64,000 nt of DNA from Candidatus Woesebacteria bacterium GW2011_GWA1_44_23. Its GTDB lineage: Bacteria; Patescibacteriota; Microgenomatia; UBA8517. Below, in pieces: positions 9,926 through 19,180 of this stretch. Position numbers and translations under genes: made by a program. How positions within the stretch are numbered: position 1 is the stretch's first letter; the number at the start of each line of letters is the position of its first letter. The stretch covers positions 9,127 to 73,126 of the forward strand of contig LCIL01000002.1 of the NCBI GenBank assembly GCA_001001045.1. Reading direction: 5' to 3'. The notes beneath the pieces are model-generated. The model was not told where the DNA came from, ran no database searches, and saw nothing but the letters and a program-made list of their open reading frames with translations.

Positions 9926-10185
9926 CTTTTTTTAAGTACCTGCATTACCTCCCCTATTGCCTCTTTGCTGTCTCCTTTTTTAATCGAATCGGAAACGCAA
10001 GTTTCCAGATGATTTTTCAAGACTTCATTATCTGCTTTTTTTAACGCGGCCTGAACCGCTAAAGATTGATGTACGATGTCTATGCAGTATTCGCCACTTC
10101 CAAGCATTGATATCACTTTATCCAAATGGCCTCTGGCTATTTGGTATCTATGTAGAATACCTTTTTTGGTATTGTTATTAGGCAT
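9922..10185 (-). CDS. csoR: CsoR/RcnR-family metal-sensing repressor
   Basis: R...RGHL...YCIDIVHQ..AV..AL...HLETC (Cys-His-Cys); start placed at ATG 10185, downstream of the promoter. Confidence 0.88.
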   Translation of the reverse strand: MPNNNTKKGILHRYQIARGHLDKVISMLGSGEYCIDIVHQSLAVQAALKKADNEVLKNHLETCVSDSIKKGDSKEAIGEVMQVLKKR

Positions 10186-10197
10186 TTGCGTTTTGGT

Positions 10198-10251
10198 ATC
10201 CCCCCGGGGGGGATTGACAATAGTATAAATTAGCTTTATCCTAAATGTCAA
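10198..10251. promoter_or_regulatory. CsoR-type C/G-tract operator plus overlapping divergent sigma70 promoters
   Basis: ATCCCCCC-G-GGGGGGAT (10198-10214); + strand TTGACA 10214-10219 /17 bp/ TATCCT; - strand TTGACA 10251-10246 /18 bp/ TATACT. Confidence 0.75.
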
Positions 10252-10252
10252 G

Positions 10253-11254
10253 ATGGCTAACTACTGGCTAGCATTTATCACAGGACTTACGACCGGCGGA
10301 ATTTCCTGCTTTGCGGTTCAGGGAGGGCTTTTAACCTCCGCATTGGCAACAGAGGAAGAAATAAAAATTTCAAAAAGCCTTAGAGCCCGCGCTCTGGTTG
10401 CCTTTTTGATTTCAAAATTAATTGCCTATACCCTACTTGGATTTGTTTTGGGATTTGTTGGAAAAGGCCTTATTGTCACACCCAAAGTCCAAGGATGGCT
10501 ACAAATACTAATAGGTGTTTTTATGCTTCTTACTGCGGCGAATCTTGCCAATCTTCACCCCTTTTTCCGACATTTCGTGATTACCCCCCCAAAATTTATA
10601 TTCAAAATTTTACGAAACCAAACAAGAGTAAAGTCGTTTTTTACTCCGATTTTCTTGGGAGCACTAACAATATTTATTCCCTGTGGAGTGACTCAGGCAA
10701 TGATGCTTTTAGCCGTTTCCGCTTCCAACCCTGCCGTCTCCGCGTCAATTCTTTTTGCCTTCATTTTAGGAACAATTCCGGTTTTCTTTGTGATCGGGAT
10801 GGCGGCTAACGAACTTCTCAAACGCAAGAGCCTCACAATTTTGGCGGCTTTGGTTGTAGCAATCTTGGGAATTATTTCCATAAATAGCGGCCAGGTACTA
10901 CGCGGGTCCGCTCACACGATTCAAAATTACTGGAAAGTCTCTTTCGCAACTGAAAGGCAGGGCAGACTCGCCCCGATTAACTCCGGAGTCCAGGAGGTTA
11001 CAATTGACGTCTTATCGCGTGGCTATAAGACAGATGTAACTACCCTCAAACTGGGGGTACCGGTAAAACTAACCCTCGTCACAAACGGCGTAACAAGTTG
11101 TGCAAGGGCTTTTACAATTCCTGACTACAATCTTTTTAAATTGCTTCCCCAGACCGGAACCGAAGTAATAGAATTTACCCCAGAAAAGACTGGGCTTCTG
11201 ATTTTTACTTGCAGTATGGGTATGTACAGCGGATCGTTTAACGTAATTGAATAA
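10253..11254 (+). CDS. DsbD_2/TauE-like membrane protein with C-terminal cupredoxin-like domain
   Basis: SCFAVQGG and FIPCG TM motifs; C-terminal SCA...FTCSMGMY. Confidence 0.8.
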   Translation: MANYWLAFITGLTTGGISCFAVQGGLLTSALATEEEIKISKSLRARALVAFLISKLIAYTLLGFVLGFVGKGLIVTPKVQGWLQILIGVFMLLTAANLANLHPFFRHFVITPPKFIFKILRNQTRVKSFFTPIFLGALTIFIPCGVTQAMMLLAVSASNPAVSASILFAFILGTIPVFFVIGMAANELLKRKSLTILAALVVAILGIISINSGQVLRGSAHTIQNYWKVSFATERQGRLAPINSGVQEVTIDVLSRGYKTDVTTLKLGVPVKLTLVTNGVTSCARAFTIPDYNLFKLLPQTGTEVIEFTPEKTGLLIFTCSMGMYSGSFNVIE

Positions 11255-11274
11255 GCAAAGCTTTTAAGAATATC

Positions 11275-11466
11275 ATGAAAAAAACATACAAAATCAAAGG
11301 AATGGACTGTCCAAGTTGTGCTTCGTTGCTGGAGCTAGATCTGGAGGACGCTGGCGTAAAGGCTAAGTGTTCCTACTCAAAATCAACCGTGGAGGTTGAA
11401 GAAGATGGAAATTTTGTTAATATTAAAAAGGTCGTCGAAAAATCCGGCTACAGTATTACCCAGTAA
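11275..11466 (+). CDS. CopZ-like heavy-metal chaperone
   Basis: GMDCPSC HMA motif, 63 aa. Confidence 0.85.
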   Translation: MKKTYKIKGMDCPSCASLLELDLEDAGVKAKCSYSKSTVEVEEDGNFVNIKKVVEKSGYSITQ

Positions 11467-11909
11467 TGTGTCCAGTTTGCACGGTTACCGTTATTGCAGG
11501 CCTCGGAATATCCCGGTTATTGGGAATTGATGATTTGATTACCGCAATTTGGATTGGCGGGCTAATTTTGTCACTCTCCTTTATTACGATTGACTGGATT
11601 AAGAAGAAGTGGCCAAAGTTAAAATTGAAGTACTACTATTTTCCGACCTTTATTTTGATGTATTTATTTGTGTTCATTCCATTTAAATTAAATGGCACAA
11701 TTGGCATTGTCCGTAACACCATGTGGGGCGTGGACAAAATTATTTTAGGAATAATAATCGGCTCGGCTGCCCTACTTCTAGGGGTCCTGACAGATAAGTA
11801 TCAGAGGGTGAAATTCAAAAAAATCTTTTTTCCGTTCCAAAAAGTATTCTTTCCCGTTCTGGCATTAATCATAACAAGCCTGATTTTTTACCTTATTACT
11901 GCTGGGTGA
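11466..11909 (+). CDS. Membrane protein with N-terminal CPVC motif
   Basis: About 4 TM helices; TAATG coupling to the copZ-like gene. Confidence 0.7.
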   Translation: MCPVCTVTVIAGLGISRLLGIDDLITAIWIGGLILSLSFITIDWIKKKWPKLKLKYYYFPTFILMYLFVFIPFKLNGTIGIVRNTMWGVDKIILGIIIGSAALLLGVLTDKYQRVKFKKIFFPFQKVFFPVLALIITSLIFYLITAG

Positions 11910-11959
11910 GCGCATGACCAGCGGTTGATAGCATAACCGAAACGCCTTAGAATATACAC

Positions 11960-12496
11960 ATGGTTAAGAATTACAAGGATCTTGTTAAGAAAGTTGAAGG
12001 TGTCACCAAAACTGGCAAGGTTGATTTATCTTCCAGTGAAGACCTCTCTATAGCCATCATGAATCTGATTTCGATTGAAGAACATTTGTTTTTTACCGCC
12101 CAAAAAACCGAAAAGCCTCAGTATCTGGATATTCTAAATGAAGTCCGGGGAATGAGAACAGGACTACTTAGAAAGATCATCAAAGATTATGAAGGCGAAG
12201 TCTGGTGTATTAGTAAACATTTGCTTGCCGCCTCGATGCGCCTGATGGAAGTCGGAACAAAAGAAGAAAAGAAGGGAAACAGAAAAGAGGCTTGGGAACT
12301 GTTTCAAAAATCTTTCAGGCTTTATTCCCTTTTCTGGGCAATAAATCTTAAGGTGGTCGATATCGGAGACGTCCCGATGGATAACGGGGATATCAACTTT
12401 ATCGGTGAGAAGGAAGTTAAACTCAAAGGGACCTCTTCTCCCCTAGACAAACTCACCGAGATTTTCAAAAAAGCAGTGGATTGCTGCAAAGAATAG
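11960..12496 (+). CDS. Hypothetical helical protein ending in DCCKE
   Basis: 178-aa ORF; TAGAAT 6 nt upstream of ATG. Confidence 0.7.
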   Translation: MVKNYKDLVKKVEGVTKTGKVDLSSSEDLSIAIMNLISIEEHLFFTAQKTEKPQYLDILNEVRGMRTGLLRKIIKDYEGEVWCISKHLLAASMRLMEVGTKEEKKGNRKEAWELFQKSFRLYSLFWAINLKVVDIGDVPMDNGDINFIGEKEVKLKGTSSPLDKLTEIFKKAVDCCKE

Positions 12497-12497
12497 A

Positions 12498-13775
12498 CTA
12501 CGCTCGTCCCCTAAGCATCATGGCGTCTATTATCCTTTTGACGGAAAGGTAATTTGCCGCGCGCCTGTAGGAAATCCTTTTTTCTTTAACAATTTTGTCA
12601 ATATCGGTAAATGCCTTTGTGATTGTCTTTTTCAATTCTTCGTTTACTCTTTCTTTAGTCCAATAATATCCGCTAAGGTTCTGTACCCACTCAAAGTAGC
12701 TTACGGTTACGCCCCCGGAGTTGCTCAAAATATCAGGAATTACATCTATTCCCTTTTCGTGGAGATACCTGTCCGCTTCGCTTGTTGTCGGGCCGTTGGC
12801 CATTTCAAATACAACCTTTGCAGAAATATCTTCTACATTGTCTTTTGTAATAGAATTTTCTAGTGCAGCAGGAACTAAAACTGTCACGGGGAGTCCTAGA
12901 AGTTCGGCATTGGTAATTAGTTTAGTTCCGGCTTTCAATGGATAGTTTTTAAAAGAACCACCCTTTTGTTTAAACAAACTTAAGGTGTTAATTTCCAATC
13001 CTTTAGGATTGTAAATTCCACTCGAAGAATCAGAAACCGCTACAACCCTAAAGCCATTTTCTTTTGCAATCTTTGCAAAATAGTACCCCACGTTACCAAA
13101 GCCCTGTATTGCTATCGTTACTTTTGAAGCGTTAATTTTTAATTTTAAATTCCGTCTTAGATATGCCTCCAAAACGAAAACCCCACCCTGCCCCGTAGCC
13201 TCGGTGCGACCGAGAGAGCCTCCAAGCTCCAGTGGCTTCCCTGTAAAAGTGGCCGGAGCCTGGACTCCGACCTTTTTCTCGTATGCTTCGAGCATCCAAG
13301 ACATAATGACTCCGTCTGTATTGACATCCGGCGCCGGAACGTCCTTCCAGGGACCTATATAAGGCGTAACAAACTTTGCGTATTCGGTAGAAAGGTCTTT
13401 AAGCTCCTCTTTTGTCAACTTTGAGGGATCGACCATAACTCCCCCCTTTCCTCCGCCATAAGGAATGCCAGTAACGGCACATTTAAGACTCATCAAAGTT
13501 GCCAGGGCCTGAACTTCATCTTTACTGACGTTCCGGTGAAACCTTATTCCCCCCTTAAAAGGTCCTCTGGCATCATTGTGCTGGATCCTAAAGGCATTAA
13601 ACTCTCTTTTCTTGCCATCTTTATCTTTGATGGAGATCTTTCTCTCGATAAATCTTTGGGGAGTCAAAAGTTCATTAATGGCTTTTTTAAATCTTTTTTT
13701 GTCGGGATAGTCGTCAGCCAAAATCGGAGAAACGTCCTTGATCTGACTAAGCGCCGCCTTAAGCATCGTATTCAT
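12498..13775 (-). CDS. gdhA: Glu/Leu/Phe/Val (glutamate) dehydrogenase
   Basis: GPFKGGIRF, GGGKGG, DVPAPDV, GFGNVG, GGVTVSYFEW. Confidence 0.92.
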   Translation of the reverse strand: MNTMLKAALSQIKDVSPILADDYPDKKRFKKAINELLTPQRFIERKISIKDKDGKKREFNAFRIQHNDARGPFKGGIRFHRNVSKDEVQALATLMSLKCAVTGIPYGGGKGGVMVDPSKLTKEELKDLSTEYAKFVTPYIGPWKDVPAPDVNTDGVIMSWMLEAYEKKVGVQAPATFTGKPLELGGSLGRTEATGQGGVFVLEAYLRRNLKLKINASKVTIAIQGFGNVGYYFAKIAKENGFRVVAVSDSSSGIYNPKGLEINTLSLFKQKGGSFKNYPLKAGTKLITNAELLGLPVTVLVPAALENSITKDNVEDISAKVVFEMANGPTTSEADRYLHEKGIDVIPDILSNSGGVTVSYFEWVQNLSGYYWTKERVNEELKKTITKAFTDIDKIVKEKRISYRRAANYLSVKRIIDAMMLRGRA

Positions 13776-13817
13776 ACAAGGTAGTATTATATTACAAATT
13801 TTAACTATTACTGAGGA

Positions 13818-14351
13818 TTACATAAAAAGTCCCATCATCACCACAAGAAGCATGCCTATCACCCAGCAAATCTTTAATTTACCCGGGTCCAGATCAATAG
13901 GAAGAAATTTTGTCCAATTATTCAGACTCCCCATTTCTGAAATATCAACCAGCTGGTCTACCGAAAGATGCAGGGCAAAAGAGAGCACTAAGCCCCTTCC
14001 GAAAAGAGAAGAGGAAGAACTCATTATCCAAAAAGTAAGAACCAAAAATATTGCCTGGAAGAAAATCGTATGGAAAATTAATCCTTTCCTCTCACTCCTG
14101 GTTTCGTAAAGTAGTTCTATTAGCCTTTTGTACTGCTTCTTCTCCCAAAGAAAACCAACCCTTTGGGATGTAAGTTCTTGTGGACCTAAGAAGAGTACGT
14201 AAATAAGATGATCCAGGTCGGGCATAAATACTCCGAGAAGCCCCCCTAGCCAAAATGGTAAGTAACTTAAAGACAGAAAATGCCCGGCGATTGAGATTAA
14301 GACAAAGAAAGAAAACCAAAAAGAAAGGTGGATGAAAAGCTCACGTCGCAT
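13818..14351 (-). CDS. Membrane-bound metal-dependent hydrolase-like protein (YdjM-like)
   Basis: H...PDLDH...FHT...HLSVD pattern within TM helices. Confidence 0.6.
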   Translation of the reverse strand: MRRELFIHLSFWFSFFVLISIAGHFLSLSYLPFWLGGLLGVFMPDLDHLIYVLFLGPQELTSQRVGFLWEKKQYKRLIELLYETRSERKGLIFHTIFFQAIFLVLTFWIMSSSSSLFGRGLVLSFALHLSVDQLVDISEMGSLNNWTKFLPIDLDPGKLKICWVIGMLLVVMMGLFM

Positions 14352-14372
14352 GACAGTAAATTCATTTTAACA

Positions 14373-14681
14373 CTAATCACGACAACCGCACTTCTCCATA
14401 TCTACATGGAACTCATCAATAAATTTAACTCCTTCACCCAGAAGTCTATTTCTCTGTTCATGGTAGCCCCCAAAGGCATATGAAGGGGCAAGCTTGCCTT
14501 CTTTATTTACTACCCTGTGGCAAGGGGTGGCCTCGTCACGATTGGCATGGAGCGCATGTCCCACCCTCCTGGCGTCCTTGGTACCAAGTTTAGAAGCTAC
14601 CTGTCCATAGGTCATGACCATTCCTTCCGGAATCTTCCTAACCTCACCGTAAACCTGTTCAAAAAAATTACTTTTTTTCAT
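14373..14681 (-). CDS. O6-alkylguanine DNA alkyltransferase family (C-terminal domain only)
   Basis: IPEGMVMTYGQVA, ARRVG, PCHRVV; alternative start 14699. Confidence 0.88.
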   Translation of the reverse strand: MKKSNFFEQVYGEVRKIPEGMVMTYGQVASKLGTKDARRVGHALHANRDEATPCHRVVNKEGKLAPSYAFGGYHEQRNRLLGEGVKFIDEFHVDMEKCGCRD

Positions 14682-14970
14682 TTTTGGCTTTCGTCTCATT
14701 TTTTAGCTGTTGTAGTTTCCACATAAAGAGCCTCCCTTTGCTCCTCGCGTTTTGGGCATCTTTAACAAAACTTCTGGCTTTTTCAAGCAAGATTCTCGGA
14801 GTATCTTTGGCCAGCTTCATATAAAGAGATTTGTGATCCAAGTCGCCCAGTTCTTCGGCCAGATCATAAGCATATTTCTGAAACTCCCTACTGATATATT
14901 TATCTGAGTCTTCAAGTTTGTATTTACTTAAAACGTCACCTATTGAAGTAAGTGGTTTATTTCTTTGCAT
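14668..14970 (-). CDS. Hypothetical protein
   Basis: 100-aa ORF overlapping both neighbours in the same operon. Confidence 0.65.
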   Translation of the reverse strand: MQRNKPLTSIGDVLSKYKLEDSDKYISREFQKYAYDLAEELGDLDHKSLYMKLAKDTPRILLEKARSFVKDAQNARSKGRLFMWKLQQLKNETKAKNEKK

Positions 14971-15416
14971 ATTTTTTCTATAACTCCATCAATGATCTTT
15001 CTTTCCTCTTCCGTGAAATCCTGAAGCACATATTCTTCTCCCTGGGTTCTGTCTTCCGATTTTCTATTGTCTACTCCTACCCGGATTCTCCAAAAGTCCT
15101 TGGTTCCCAATTCTGCTTCAATTGAATTGATGCCATTATGAACTTTAGGGCCAATCCCATACTGGATTTTATAACTCCCGAGTGGAATGTCCAGATCATC
15201 GTGCACGATGTAAAGACCGGTGTTTCGAATATTGTATTTGGTATATTGGGCGAGGACTTTGGTTCCGGACTCGTTCATAAAGACGCCGGACTTTGTAACA
15301 ACAACTCCCGTGGGTAGTTTGATTTCCTGAAGCTTATCAGCCACCAAAAAACCAGCATTATGCCGGGTATTTTTGTACTTCTCCCCCGGGTTGCCCAACC
15401 CTATGATTAATTTCAT
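14940..15416 (-). CDS. pth: Peptidyl-tRNA hydrolase
   Basis: GLGNPG...TRHNAGF, FMNESG, HDDLD, HNG, RIRVGV. Confidence 0.95.
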   Translation of the reverse strand: MKLIIGLGNPGEKYKNTRHNAGFLVADKLQEIKLPTGVVVTKSGVFMNESGTKVLAQYTKYNIRNTGLYIVHDDLDIPLGSYKIQYGIGPKVHNGINSIEAELGTKDFWRIRVGVDNRKSEDRTQGEEYVLQDFTEEERKIIDGVIEKICKEINHLLQ

Positions 15417-15419
15417 AAC

Positions 15420-15740
15420 TTAAACCTTTTTTAACAAATCCTTGGCAACCTTTCCCAACACCGGGACTTCCCACTGCTCACCTTGCCACGCTTTGTAGAT
15501 TAGGATAAGCCAAAGAGCAAAGCTGATTATGCCAATAAGTGCTGATAAAGGAAAAAGAATAATCGTTATTCCGAATATCCACTGCAACACGAATAGGGCA
15601 ACAAATACCACTGTCGATTGCATCGCATGAAATCTAACAAACGGATCTTTCTCAATGACCAGAAAAATTATTCCTGTAACCGGACCCAAAACATAGGCAA
15701 GCGCTCCGGATGTAGTTTTTTTCAAACCTGTTTCTGCCAT
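15420..15740 (-). CDS. DUF4870-like membrane protein
   Basis: ALAYVLG...EKDPFVRFHAMQS...KAWQGE...P.LG. Confidence 0.75.
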   Translation of the reverse strand: MAETGLKKTTSGALAYVLGPVTGIIFLVIEKDPFVRFHAMQSTVVFVALFVLQWIFGITIILFPLSALIGIISFALWLILIYKAWQGEQWEVPVLGKVAKDLLKKV

Positions 15741-15803
15741 AAATACTCACCTTCTTCCTATATGCTATCTTTTCACAATAATAGTACCTCGGTCAAGAAG
15801 TGA

Positions 15804-17501
15804 TTAACCCTTTTGCATTCCAAAAAGGTCATGGAGTTCCTCAAGGGTTGTCGCATCCTTGGGGCTTTTGTCATCACGAAATTGAATCAGGCGCGGAAAT
15901 CTTAAGGCTAGCCCGGCCGTATGCTTGGGACTTACGGTTATTTCATCAGCCGCAAGCTCAACCAGAACGCTCGGTGCTACCCAAAAATCAGGATGTAGAT
16001 CCTTATCTACCTGATATTCCTTTGGTTTTTCCTTTACTTCAATTTTTGTAAGTCTTGATTTTAACTGCCGGAATTGTTCATCTGTCAGGCCGGTCCCGAC
16101 TTTTGTAACCGTCTTAAAGACATCCCCGTCGGCAACCCCGGCCAAAAATTGGCCCATTCCAAACCCGACCCTTTTACCTTTCCCGGCCGTGTAACCCATC
16201 ACTATGCAGTCAACAGTATCAGCAAGTCTGCCTTGCCTCCCCTCTTCTTCCTTCATCTTTACCCAATTCCAACCGGTGCGGCCGGAGACATAAAATCCGT
16301 TTGCCCTTTTAACCACAACCCCCTCAAGACCAATTTTTAAATATTTCTCATGAAATTTCCTTATTACCTTAGGGTCGCTTGTAACGGTGCTTTCATCAAT
16401 CCGAAGTAAGGTTCCATTGATCACCACTTTTTCCAGCAGTTTCCTCCTTTGAACGTATGGTGTGTTTATCAGGCTCTTGCCGTCAAAAAGGATCACGTCA
16501 AAAACCTGAAATTGGAGTGGAATTTCACCTGCAGTTTTTTCTACATTATGCTTTCTCCTCCTTTGAATTGTTTTTTGAAAATCCAGAAACATTTCGCGCT
16601 TGGGGTCTACCCCGATTGCTTCCGTATCAAGAATTACCTCATTGGCATTAATAAATTTACCAATTGCCGACAGTTCAGGAAAAGTCTCCAAGGGAATTGC
16701 ATTCATGTTTCTTGTAAAAATCCGGAGGAAACCATCTTTTTTGCGGTAGTGGATAAAAATCCTGAGTCCGTCAAATTTAGGCTCGACAGCAACTTCCCCC
16801 ATTTTTTTGATCATTTCAGTGGTTGAATTAAGGCGTTGTGCAAGCATCGGAACCACCGGCACGCCAACTTGTGGTTTTGCACTTTTCGGGTTTCCGCCTT
16901 TAACCAATTTCGCAATATATCCGATATCGGGCCTGATATTAAAGGCTTCCTCAATCTCTTTTTGCGTCTTTGTATCGTGTTCCGCCAAGGCGTCAATTAC
17001 GGTCTTTTCCGAAAAACCAAGTCTGAGCCTTCCCACCGGAATCCGGGCGGTAAATCGTGCTGAAAGCGGATCGAGGTTTTTGAGCAAGCTCACCATCTTT
17101 ATAATTTTGCTGTCCTGGCTGCCTTCCCCACTGTCTTTGGCAATTTCTAAAAGTCTTTCATAAACATCGGTAACAGATAGAGCTACACCCGTTGCCTTAT
17201 ATTCTATGCTTAACTCCTGCGCTACCGATCCTATATCTCCGATTTTTTTAAAAAGACTAAGGACGTCCCCCACATCTTTTCCGTAGGCCCTCGCAAGAGT
17301 TCGTATCATCATCTTTTCCGCAAGGTTTAAAATGACTCCTTCGTAATTCGGGGCCAAAATTCCCAAAGACAGGTAGACTACTTTGTCTATTTCGTCAGCA
17401 TCGGCCTTCTTAAAAAGTCCGGATAAAATTCTGGTAATTTCTAGCCGTGAAGAAGTTGCCTCCAGCCTTTCCAAATATACGGCAAATTCCTTAAACTTCA
17501 T
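15804..17501 (-). CDS. ATP-dependent DNA ligase (with N-terminal DNA-binding domain)
   Basis: EPKFDGLR adenylation motif, FDVI, EGVVVK, WVKMK, LRFPR. Confidence 0.93.
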   Translation of the reverse strand: MKFKEFAVYLERLEATSSRLEITRILSGLFKKADADEIDKVVYLSLGILAPNYEGVILNLAEKMMIRTLARAYGKDVGDVLSLFKKIGDIGSVAQELSIEYKATGVALSVTDVYERLLEIAKDSGEGSQDSKIIKMVSLLKNLDPLSARFTARIPVGRLRLGFSEKTVIDALAEHDTKTQKEIEEAFNIRPDIGYIAKLVKGGNPKSAKPQVGVPVVPMLAQRLNSTTEMIKKMGEVAVEPKFDGLRIFIHYRKKDGFLRIFTRNMNAIPLETFPELSAIGKFINANEVILDTEAIGVDPKREMFLDFQKTIQRRRKHNVEKTAGEIPLQFQVFDVILFDGKSLINTPYVQRRKLLEKVVINGTLLRIDESTVTSDPKVIRKFHEKYLKIGLEGVVVKRANGFYVSGRTGWNWVKMKEEEGRQGRLADTVDCIVMGYTAGKGKRVGFGMGQFLAGVADGDVFKTVTKVGTGLTDEQFRQLKSRLTKIEVKEKPKEYQVDKDLHPDFWVAPSVLVELAADEITVSPKHTAGLALRFPRLIQFRDDKSPKDATTLEELHDLFGMQKG

Positions 17502-17546
17502 GTCAACTCAGATTATATTGCGTTTTACCCGGAATTGCGAAGCTTT

Positions 17547-17756
17547 TTAGGTTCCGCCATTTGTTACCAGGTAGCTGGAGAAGAAAAGATATGTGAAGAT
17601 GACTGCTCCTAGAAACATAAAACCAAAAATCATGGAAATGATTCCGTTCCGTTCCTCATGTACAATCTTACTCACCCCTTCCCCAAGAAGGGTTAGCCCA
17701 AAAAGGCTTGGTAGAACCAAGATCATGTACAAAAGTTGCGGATCTAGCGTGCTCAT
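17547..17756 (-). CDS. Small two-TM membrane protein
   Basis: 69 aa, hydrophobic, overlaps the Fic gene stop. Confidence 0.6.
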   Translation of the reverse strand: MSTLDPQLLYMILVLPSLFGLTLLGEGVSKIVHEERNGIISMIFGFMFLGAVIFTYLFFSSYLVTNGGT

Positions 17757-18817
17757 TTATTTGTAATCACATATTTACTTGCCTTGGTGCTTCCCTGTTT
17801 TTTAAGAATCCCTTTGTTCAGTAAATCTCTGAGTTCTCTTAATATTGTATCTTCCGAAACCATCGAAAGTACCTTTTTAAGTTCATTCATCCCCCCGGAT
17901 CCCTGATCAGAAATGTATTCAATCAAACGCATCTGCCTGTCGGTTAAGGCCACCTGCTCTCCAAATTTGACTCTGAGACGGGAATCTACCGAAAGCTTTC
18001 TGACTTTGTCTTTTATCTTGGTTAGCTCGGTTGCCACCACACCGGTAAAATATTCCAACCAGGGGGTAACCTCGCGGCTTCCTATATTGGGAGATTGCCT
18101 GTCTACCGCGCTTAACGCCTCGTAGTAGGAAGCCGGATCTCCATCAAAATGTTCTTCAAGCGAGAAAAATTTCTTAATATCATACCCCTCGCGCATTAAA
18201 ATGAGGGAGCAAAAGGCTCTTACGGTTCTGCCGTTGCCTTCCACAAAAGGATGAACCGCCACCAATACATAATGGGCAATCCCCGCCCTTATAACCGCAT
18301 GGGTCTCGCGGGCCGCACTGTCGTTTAGCCACTCGAAGAAATCATCCAAAAGAAACGGGACTTCGTGGGAAGGGGGCGGCTGAAAAATAATTTTGCCGGT
18401 TCCTTCCTCCTTAATTACAACCTCGGTAGTCCTAAAAACACCGATCTTTTCGGGCATGATAATTCTGTCAACAGTGGCCCTATGGATATCCTTAAGCATA
18501 TCGGGGTCATATCCTCCCCTTTTGACTGCGAGTTCATCGAGTAGCTGCATTACGTTTCGATAGTTAACCACCTCCTGAATGTCACGCGCCCTGGCATAAA
18601 CTTCCTGACCTTCCAGAATTTTTTTGGTTTGAAATAGAGTCAGATCATTCCCCTCAATATGGGTTCCGTGATGAATCGTGCGAATCTGAGCGTCCGACTG
18701 GAATTGCTTAGCAAACGAAGGAACCAAGGGGGCGTTCTCAATAACCTCCTTACTGGCCTCAATTGAGCCAATGTTTTTCAAGACTGCATTGGAGACTATA
18801 TACTTCGGAGCGTACAT
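17753..18817 (-). CDS. Fic-domain protein with C-terminal winged HTH
   Basis: HPFVEGNGRTVR Fic motif; N-terminal THIEGN autoinhibitory-type motif. Confidence 0.9.
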   Translation of the reverse strand: MYAPKYIVSNAVLKNIGSIEASKEVIENAPLVPSFAKQFQSDAQIRTIHHGTHIEGNDLTLFQTKKILEGQEVYARARDIQEVVNYRNVMQLLDELAVKRGGYDPDMLKDIHRATVDRIIMPEKIGVFRTTEVVIKEEGTGKIIFQPPPSHEVPFLLDDFFEWLNDSAARETHAVIRAGIAHYVLVAVHPFVEGNGRTVRAFCSLILMREGYDIKKFFSLEEHFDGDPASYYEALSAVDRQSPNIGSREVTPWLEYFTGVVATELTKIKDKVRKLSVDSRLRVKFGEQVALTDRQMRLIEYISDQGSGGMNELKKVLSMVSEDTILRELRDLLNKGILKKQGSTKASKYVITNK

Positions 18818-18862
18818 GTTTCCTTATATTAACGCACTTTTTGCGGAAAAAACAAGGAGAAA

Positions 18863-19171
18863 CTAATCATCGACCGCACCACCGATGGGCGGCCGTCCCC
18901 CGCGGGAGGCTCTTTCCCAATCTCTTTCCATCTTCAGCGCCCTACGGGCATCTTCAATACTCATTGTAACCTTAGCTATTCGTAAAAAATTTTCTCTTGA
19001 CTCAAGGGGGATCGGTCCGGGAGGCTTGCCTTGGCGTTCCTTCGCTTTTTTTAATTGCTCATCCAGCAAAAGTGTGTCATACCTCTCCCGAACGCCATAT
19101 GGCGCTTTATTTAGATCCGATTTAAAATATTCCTCCAGAGCTTCCGGTGTTAATTCAGCCCTACTATCCAT
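18863..19171 (-). CDS. Hypothetical protein
   Basis: 102-aa charged ORF; TAAAAT 6 nt upstream of ATG. Confidence 0.55.
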   Translation of the reverse strand: MDSRAELTPEALEEYFKSDLNKAPYGVRERYDTLLLDEQLKKAKERQGKPPGPIPLESRENFLRIAKVTMSIEDARRALKMERDWERASRGGRPPIGGAVDD

Positions 19172-19180
19172 GGTGACATT

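Noticed and set aside
10200-10212. C6/G7 run as a phase-variable homopolymer tract
   Set aside because: Better explained as a CsoR operator: symmetric, flanked by AT/AT, and directly upstream of csoR
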